This document shows, in pieces, positions 55,633-64,000 of a stretch of DNA of 64,000 bases (positions are counted from its first letter, which is position 1; each line of letters begins with the position of its first letter). Origin of the DNA: Auanema rhodensis (lineage: Eukaryota > Animalia > Nematoda); assembly GCA_964057225.1 (NCBI GenBank), contig OZ059897.1, forward strand, positions 1,178,001 to 1,242,000, given 5' to 3'. The translations under genes and the position numbers were made by a program. The notes under the pieces were generated by a model. That model was not told the DNA's origin, did no database searches, and saw only the letters and a list, made by a program, of their open reading frames with translations.

Positions 55633-58600
55633 AAGATGTTTGTATGGATTTGAATATTGCTTTGTTAGCTTTAAGATGTTTGCTTCTGCATAGCTTCAGT
55701 TTACTGCTCTAGCTGGTTTTCAATTTTTATTAGATTTTTCATCATCTTACAACAAATTCAATTGAATCTAACATGAATTATTTTTTCGTTTTAAAAAGCA
55801 TTGAATTTCATTGTTTCTTGTAATGATGGATTTGAATATTGCTTTGTTTGTTTTAAGATTTTGCTACTGTATAGCTGCAGTTTGCTGCTCTAGCTGGTTT
55901 TCAATTTTTATGAGATTTTTCATCATCTTACAACAAATTCAATTGAATCTAACATGAAATATTTTTTCTTTTTAAAAAGCATTGAATATCATAGTTTCTT
56001 ATAATATTGGATTTGAATATTGCTTCGTTAGTTTTATAATTTTTGCTACTACATGTCATGTGTTTACTGCTCTAGCTGGTTTTCAATTTTTATTAGATTT
56101 TTCATCATCTTACAACAAATTCAATTGAATCTAACATGAATTATTTTTTCGTTTTAAAAAGCATTGAATTTCATTGTTTCTTGTAATAATTGATTTGAAT
56201 ATTGCTTTGTTAGCTTTAAGATGTTTGCTTCTGCATAGCTTCAGTTTACTGCTCTAGCTGGTTTTCAATTTTTATGAGATTTTTCATCATCTTACAACAA
56301 ATTCAATTGAATCTAACATGAAATATTTTTTCTTTTTAAAAAGCATTGAATTTCATTGTTTCTTGTAATGATGGATTTGAATATTGCTTTGTTTGCTTTA
56401 AGATTTTTGCTACTACATGCCCTGTGTTTACTGCTCTAGCTGGTTTTCAATTTTTATGAGGTTTTTCATCATCTTACAACAAATTCAATTGAATCTAACA
56501 TAAATTATTTTTTCGTTTTGAAAAGCATTGAATATCATTGTTTCTTGTAATAATTGATTTGAATATTGCTTTGTTAGCTTTAAGATGTTTGCTTCTGCAT
56601 AGCTTCAGTTTACTGCTCTAGCTGGTTTTCAATTTTTATGAGATTTTTCATCATCTTACAACAAATTCAATTGAATCTAACATGAACTATTTTTTAGTTT
56701 CAAATAGTAGTGAATATCATTGTTTCTTGTAATATTGGATTTGAATATTACTTTGATAGTTATAAGATTTTTGCTACTACATGCCCTGTGTTTACTGCTC
56801 TAGCTAGTTTTCCATTTTTTTTAGATTTTTCATCATCTTGCAACAAATTCATTTGAAGCTAATATGAATTATTTTTTCGTTTTAAAAAGCATTGAATATC
56901 ATTTTTTCGTGTAATAATCGTTTTGAATATTGCTTCGTTTGTTTTAAGATTTTGCTACTGCATAGCTTCAGTTTGCTGCTCTAGCTGGTTTTCAATTTTT
57001 ATTAGATTTTTCATAATCTTGCAACAAATTCATTTGAATCTAATATGAACTATTGTTTCGTTTCAAATAGTAGTGAATTTCATTGTTTCTTGTAATGATG
57101 GATTTGAATATTGCTTTGTTACCTTTAAGATTTTTGCTACTACATCTCCTGTGTTTACTGCTCTAGCTGGTTTTCCATTTTTATTAGATTTTTCATCATC
57201 TTGCAACAAATTCATTTGAAGCTAATATGAATTATTTTTTCGTTTTGAAAAGCATTGAATATCATTGTTCCTTGTAATAATTGATTTGAATATTGCTTTG
57301 TTAGCTTTAAGATGTTTGCTTCTGCATAGCTTCAGTTTACTGCTCTAGCTGGTTTTCAATTTTTATGAGATTTTTCATCATCTTACAACAAATTCAATTG
57401 AATCTAACATGAAATATTTTTTCTTTTTAAAAAGCATTGAATTTCATTGTTTCTTGTAATGATGGATTTGAATATTGCTTTGTTAGCTTTAAGATGTTTG
57501 CTTCTGCATAGCTTCAGTTTACTGCTCTAGCTGGTTTTCAATTTTTATTAGATTTTTCATCATCTTACAACAAATTCAATTGAATCTAACATGAATTATT
57601 TTTTCGTTTTAAAAAGCATTGAATTTCATTGTTTCTTGTAATGATGGATTTGAATATTGCTTTGTTTGCTTTAAGATTTTTGCTACTACATGCCCTGTGT
57701 TTACTGCTCTAGCTGGTTTTCAATTTTTATGAGGTTTTTCATCATCTTACAACAAATTCAATTGAATCTAACATAAATTATTTTTTCGTTTTGAAAAGCA
57801 TTGAATATCATTGTTTCTTGTAATAATTGATTTGAATATTGCTTTGTTAGCTTTAAGATGTTTGCTTCTGCATAGCTTCAGTTTACTGCTCTAGCTGGTT
57901 TTCAATTTTTATGAGATTTTTCATCATCTTACAACAAATTCAATTGAATCTAACATGAATTATTTTTTCGTTTTAAAAAGCATTGAATATCATTGTTTCT
58001 TGTAATGATGGATTTGAATATTGCTTTGTTTGTTTTAAGATTTTGCTACTGCATAGCTTCAGTTTGCTGCTCTAGCTGGTTTTCAATTTTTATTAGATTT
58101 TTCATCATCTTACAACAAATTCAATTGAATCTAACATGAAATATTTTTTCTTTTTAAAAAGCATTGAATTTCATTGTTTCTTGTAATGATGGATTTGAAT
58201 ATTGCTTTGTTTGTTTTAAGATTTTGCTACTGCATAGCTTCAGTTTGCTGCTCTAGCTGGTTTTCAATTTTTATTAGATTTTTCATAATCTTGCAACAAA
58301 TTCATTTGAATCTAATATGAACTATTTTTTAGTTTCAAATAGTAGTGAATATCATTGTTTCTTGTAATATTGGATTTGAATATTACTTTGATAGTTATAA
58401 GATTTTTGCTACTACATGCCCTGTGTTTACTGCTCTAGCTAGTTTTCCATTTTTATTAGATTTTTCATCATCTTGCAACAAATTCAATTGAATCTAACAT
58501 GAATTATTTTTTCGTTTTAAAAAGCATTGAATTTCATTGTTTCTTGTAATGATGGATTTGAATATTGCTTTGTTTGTTTTAAGATTTTGCTACTGCATAG

Positions 58601-61600
58601 CTTCAGTTTGCTGCTCTAGCTGGTTTTCAATTTTTATTAGATTTTTCATCATCTTACAACAAATTCAATTGAATCTAACATGAAATATTTTTTCTTTTTA
58701 AAAAGCATTGAATTTCATTGTTTCTTGTAATGATGGATTTGAATATTGCTTTGTTAGCTTTAAGATGTTTGCTTCTGTATAGCTTCAGTTTACTGCTCTA
58801 GCTGGTTTTCAATTTTTATGAGATTTTTCATCATCTTACAACAAATTCAATTGAATCTAACATGAATTATTTTTTCGTTTTAAAAAGCATTGAATTTCAT
58901 TGTTTCTTGTAATGATGGATTTGAATATTGCTTTGTTTGCTTTAAGATTTTTGCTACTACATGCCCTGTCTTTACTGCTCTAGCTGGTTTTCAATTTTTA
59001 TGAGGTTTTTCATCATCTTATAACAAATTCAATTGAAGCTAATATGAATTATTTTTTCGTTTTAAAAAGCATTGAATATCATTTTTTCGTGTAATAATCG
59101 TTTTGAATATTGCTTCGTTTGTTTTAAGATTTTGCTACTGCATAGCTTCAGTTTACTGCTCTAGCTGGTTTTCAATTTTTATGAGATTTTTCATCATCTT
59201 ACAACAAATTCAATTGAATCTAACATGAATTATTTTTTCGTTTTAAAAAGCATTGAATTTCATTGTTTCTTGTAATATTGGATTTGAATATTGCTTTGTT
59301 AGCTTTAAGATTTTTGCTATTACATGCCCTGTGTTTACTGCTCTAGCTATTTTTCCATTTTTATGAGATTAATCGCCCTGTGATAACAAATTCATTTGAA
59401 TCTAATATGAATTATTTTTTCGTTTTGAAAAGCACTGAATATCATTTTTTCGTGTAATAGTCGTTTTGAATATTGCTTTGTTTGCTTTAAGATTTTTGCT
59501 ACTACATGCCCTGTGTTTACTGCTCTAGCTAGTTTTCCATTTTTATGAGAATATTCGTCCTGTGACAACAAATTCATTTGAATCTAATATGAATTATTTT
59601 TTCTTTTTAAAAAGCATTGAATTTCATTGTTTCTGGTAATGATGGATTTGAATATTGCTTCGTTTGTTTTAAGATTTTGCTACTGCATAGCTTCAGTTTG
59701 CTGCTCTAGCTGGTTTTCAATTTTTATTAGATTTTTCATAATCTTGCAACAAATTCATTTGAATCTAATATGAACTATTTTTTAGTTTCAAATAGTAGTG
59801 AATATCATTGTTTCTTGTAATATTGGATTTGAATATTACTTTGATAGTTATAAGATTTTTGCTACTACATGCCCTGTGTTTACTGCTCTAGCTAGTTTTC
59901 CATTTTTATTAGATTTTTCATCATCTTGCAACAAATTCATTTGAAGCTAATATGAATTATTTTTTCGTTTTAAAAAGCATTGAATATCATCTTTTCGTGT
60001 AATAATCGTTTTGAATATTGCTTCGTTTGTTTTAAGATTTTGCTACTGCATAGCTTCAGTTTGCTGCTCTAGCTGGTTTTCAATTTTTATGAGATTTTTC
60101 ATCATCTTACAACAAATTCAATTGAATCTAACATGAACTATTTTTTAGTTTCAAATAGTAGTGAATATCATTGTTTCTTGTAATATTGGATTTGAATATT
60201 ACTTTGATAGTTATAAGATTTTTGCTACTACATGCCCTGTGTTTACTGCTCTAGCTAGTTTTCAATTTTTATTAGATTTTTCATAATCTTGCAACAAATT
60301 CATTTGAATCTAATATGAACTATTTTTTAGTTTCAAATAGTAGTGAATATCATTGTTTCTTGTAATATTGGATTTGAATATTACTTTGATAGTTATAAGA
60401 TTTTTGCTACTACATGCCCTGTGTTTACTGCTCTAGCTGGTTTTCAATTTTTATGAGATTGTTCATCATCTTACAACAAATTCAATTGAATCTAACATGA
60501 AATATTTTTTCTTTTTAAAAAGCATTGAATTTCATTGTTTCTTGTAATGATGGATTTGAATATTGCTTTGTTAGCTTTAAGATGTTTGCTTCTGTATAGC
60601 TTCAGTTTACTGCTCTAGCTGGTTTTCAATTTTTATGAGATTTTTCATCATCTTACAACAAATTCAATTGAATCTAACATGAATTATTTTTTCGTTTTAA
60701 AAAGCATTGAATTTCATTGTTTCTTGTAATGATGGATTTGAATATTGCTTTGTTTGTTTTAAGATTTTGCTACTGCATAGCTTCAGTTTGCTGCTCTAGC
60801 TGGTTTTCAATTTTTATTAGATTTTTCATCATCTTACAACAAATTCAATTGAATCTAACATGAAATATTTTTTCTTTTTAAAAAGCATTGAATTTCATTG
60901 TTTCTTGTAATGATGGATTTGAATATTGCTTTGTTAGCTTTAAGATGTTTGCTTCTGTATAGCTTCAGTTTGCTGCTCTAGCTGGTTTTCAATTTTTATT
61001 AGATTTTTCATCATCTTACAACAAATTCAATTGAATCTAACATGAATTATTTTTTCGTTTTAAAAAGCATTGAATTTCATTGTTTCTTGTAATGATGGAT
61101 TTGAATATTGCTTTGTTTGCTTTAAGATTTTTGCTACTACATGCCCTGTGTTTACTGCTCTAGCTGGTTTTCAATTTTTATGAGGTTTTTCATCATCTTA
61201 TAACAAATTCAATTGAAGCTAATATGAATTATTTTTTCGTTTTAAAAAGCATTGAATATCATTTTTTCGTGTAATAATCGTTTTGAATATTGCTTCGTTT
61301 GTTTTAAGATTTTGCTACTGCATAGCTTCAGTTTGCTGCTCTAGCTGGTTTTCAATTTTTATTAGATTTTTCATAATCTTGCAACAAATTCATTTCAATC
61401 TAATATGAACTATTTTTTAGTTTCAAATAGTAGTGAATATCATTGTTTCTTGTAATATTGGATTTGAATATTACTTTGATAGTTATAAGATTTTTGCTAC
61501 TACATGCCCTGTGTTTACTGCTCTAGCTAGTTTTCCATTTTTATTAGATTTTTCATCATCTTGCAACAAATTCATTTGAAGCTAATATGAATTATTTTTT

Positions 61601-64000
61601 CGTTTTAAAAAGCATTGAATATCATTTTTTCGTGTAATAATCGTTTTGAATATTGCTTCGTTTGTTTTAAGATTTTGCTACTGCATAGCTTCAGTTTGCT
61701 GCTCTAGCTGGTTTTCAATTTTTATGAGAATATTCGTCCTGTGACAACAAATTCATTTGAATCTAATATGAATTATTTTTTCTTTTTAAAAAGCATTGAA
61801 TTTCATTGTTTCTGGTAATGATGGATTTGAATATTGCTTCGTTTGTTTTAAGATTTTGCTACTGCATAGCTTCAGTTTGCTGCTCTAGCTGGTTTTCAAT
61901 TTTTATTAGATTTTTCATAATCTTGCAACAAATTCATTTGAATCTAATATGAACTATTTTTTAGTTTCAAATAGTAGTGAATATCATTGTTTCTTGTAAT
62001 ATTGGATTTGAATATTACTTTGATAGTTATAAGATTTTTGCTACTACATGCCCTGTGTTTACTGCTCTAGCTAGTTTTCAATTTTTATTAGATTTTTCAT
62101 CATCTTGCAACAAATTCATTTGAAGCTAATATGAATTATTTTTTCGTTTTAAAAAGCATTGAATATCATCTTTTCGTGTAATAATCGTTTTGAATATTGC
62201 TTCGTTTGTTTTAAGATTTTGCTACTGCATAGCTTCAGTTTGCTGCTCTAGCTGGTTTTCAATTTTTATTAGATTTTTCATAATCTTGCAACAAATGCAT
62301 TTGAATCTAATATGAACTATTTTTTCGTTTCAAATAGTAGTGAATATCATTGTTTCTTGTAATATTGGATTTGAATATTACTTTGATAGTTATAAGATTT
62401 TTGCTACTACATGCCCTGTGTTTACTGCTCTAGCTAGTTTTCAATTTTTATTAGATTTTTCATAATCTTGCAACAAATTCATTTGAATCTAATATGAACT
62501 ATTTTTTAGTTTCAAATAGTAGTGAATATCATTGTTTCTTGTAATATTGGATTTGAATATTACTTTGATAGTTATAAGATTTTTGCTACTACATGCCCTG
62601 TGTTTACTGCTCTAGCTGGTTTTCAATTTTTATGAGATTGTTCATCATCTTACAACAAATTCAATTGAATCTAACATGAAATATTTTTTCTTTTTAAAAA
62701 GCATTGAATTTCATTGTTTCTTGTAATGATGGATTTGAATATTGCTTTGTTAGCTTTAAGATGTTTGCTTCTGTATAGCTTCAGTTTACTGCTCTAGCTG
62801 GTTTTCAATTTTTATGAGATTTTTCATCATCTTACAACAAATTCAATTGAATCTAACATGAATTATTTTTTCGTTTTAAAAAGCATTGAATTTCATTGTT
62901 TCTTGTAATGATGGATTTGAATATTGCTTTGTTTGTTTTAAGATTTTGCTACTGCATAGCTTCAGTTTGCTGCTCTAGCTGGTTTTCAATTTTTATTAGA
63001 TTTTTCATCATCTTACAACAAATTCAATTGAATCTAACATGAAATATTTTTTCTTTTTAAAAAGCATTGAATTTCATTGTTTCTTGTAATGATGGATTTG
63101 AATATTGCTTTGTTAGCTTTAAGATGTTTGCTTCTGTATAGCTTCAGTTTGCTGCTCTAGCTGGTTTTCAATTTTTATTAGATTTTTCATCATCTTACAA
63201 CAAATTCAATTGAATCTAACATGAATTATTTTTTCGTTTTAAAAAGCATTGAATTTCATTGTTTCTTGTAATGATGGATTTGAATATTGCTTTGTTTGCT
63301 TTAAGATTTTTGCTACTACATGCCCTGTGTTTACTGCTCTAGCTGGTTTTCAATTTTTATGAGGTTTTTCATCATCTTATAACAAATTCAATTGAAGCTA
63401 ATATGAATTATTTTTTCGTTTTAAAAAGCATTGAATATCATTTTTTCGTGTAATAATCGTTTTGAATATTGCTTCGTTTGTTTTAAGATTTTGCTACTGC
63501 ATAGCTTCAGTTTGCTGCTCTAGCTGGTTTTCAATTTTTATTAGATTTTTCATAATCTTGCAACAAATTCATTTCAATCTAATATGAACTATTTTTTAGT
63601 TTCAAATAGTAGTGAATATCATTGTTTCTTGTAATATTGGATTTGAATATTACTTTGATAGTTATAAGATTTTTGCTACTACATGCCCTGTGTTTACTGC
63701 TCTAGCTAGTTTTCCATTTTTATTAGATTTTTCATCATCTTGCAACAAATTCATTTGAAGCTAATATGAATTATTTTTTCGTTTTAAAAAGCATTGAATA
63801 TCATTTTTTCGTGTAATAATCGTTTTGAATATTGCTTCGTTTGTTTTAAGATTTTGCTACTGCATAGCTTCAGTTTGCTGCTCTAGCTGGTTTTCAATTT
63901 TTATGAGAATATTCGTCCTGTGACAACAAATTCATTTGAATCTAATATGAATTATTTTTTCTTTTTAAAAAGCATTGAATTTCATTGTTTCTGGTAATGA
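55633..64000 (+). repeat. Tandem satellite array Sat-B, forward orientation, distal subfamily (181/182-bp monomers); continues beyond the right edge
   Basis: Same monomer backbone with different predominant alleles: TTTTAAAAAGC, TTTCATTGTTTC, TAATGATGG, TACATGCCCTGTG, TTTCAAATAGTAGTG and TGTTTTAAGATTTTGC. Confidence 0.98.
59522..64000 (+). repeat. Sat-B 12-monomer higher-order repeat, 2179-bp period, two copies plus the start of a third
   Basis: GAGAATATTCGTCCTGTGAC occurs at 59547, 61726 and 63905. The variant G of GAGATTGTTC is at 60461/62640, and CATTTCAATC is at 61391/63570. The unit is seven 182-bp plus five 181-bp monomers. Confidence 0.92.

Noticed and set aside
59392-59577. 61-aa minus-strand ORF in Sat-B
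   Set aside because: It is a chance open frame across two divergent satellite monomers and is not preserved in other copies.
1-64000. CRISPR-like or integron-cassette array suggested by regular hairpin-bearing repeats
   Set aside because: There are no unique spacers or cassettes because whole monomers repeat, and there are no cas or integrase genes.
1-64000. Tandem RNA gene arrays (5S rRNA, tRNA, spliced-leader RNA, snRNA)
   Set aside because: By eye there are no 5S motifs, tRNA A/B boxes or cloverleaf, and no SL1 sequence. GC content is low. An Infernal/Rfam scan would be the formal test.
1-64000. Canonical CENP-B box (NTTCGNNNNANNCGGGN), or identity to Arabidopsis CEN180, alpha satellite or Drosophila 359-bp satellite
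   Set aside because: TTCG and CGGG occur, but not at the required spacing in the monomers I checked. The monomers do not match those families as I recall them; only the lengths are similar.

Overview
This window is entirely AT-rich tandem satellite DNA of eukaryotic heterochromatin or (peri)centromere type. I found no credible genes, RNA genes, transposases or CRISPR arrays. Positions 1-37764 hold a head-to-tail array of a 351-bp monomer (Sat-A; about 108 copies, about 31% GC counted on monomer 1). It abuts directly, with no spacer, an array of a 182-bp monomer (Sat-B; about 144 monomer-equivalents, about 26% GC) that runs to the window end. The ORF track consists of chance frames inside these repeats, nearly all in Sat-A. 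The notable content is architectural. (i) The A/B junction is sharp and carries microhomology. (ii) One Sat-A monomer has a 70-bp deletion that breaks in the same motif as the junction and lies where two variant domains meet. (iii) A 2.2-kb inverted Sat-B block (53406-55632), about one higher-order unit long, ends at a palindrome, has a templated-looking insert and separates two Sat-B subfamilies. (iv) There are several local higher-order repeats (HORs), including two differently built 12-mers with the same 2179-bp period. (v) The two satellites share short motifs. I cannot assign the organism or satellite family from the sequence alone, and I did not find a protein-coding 'system'.
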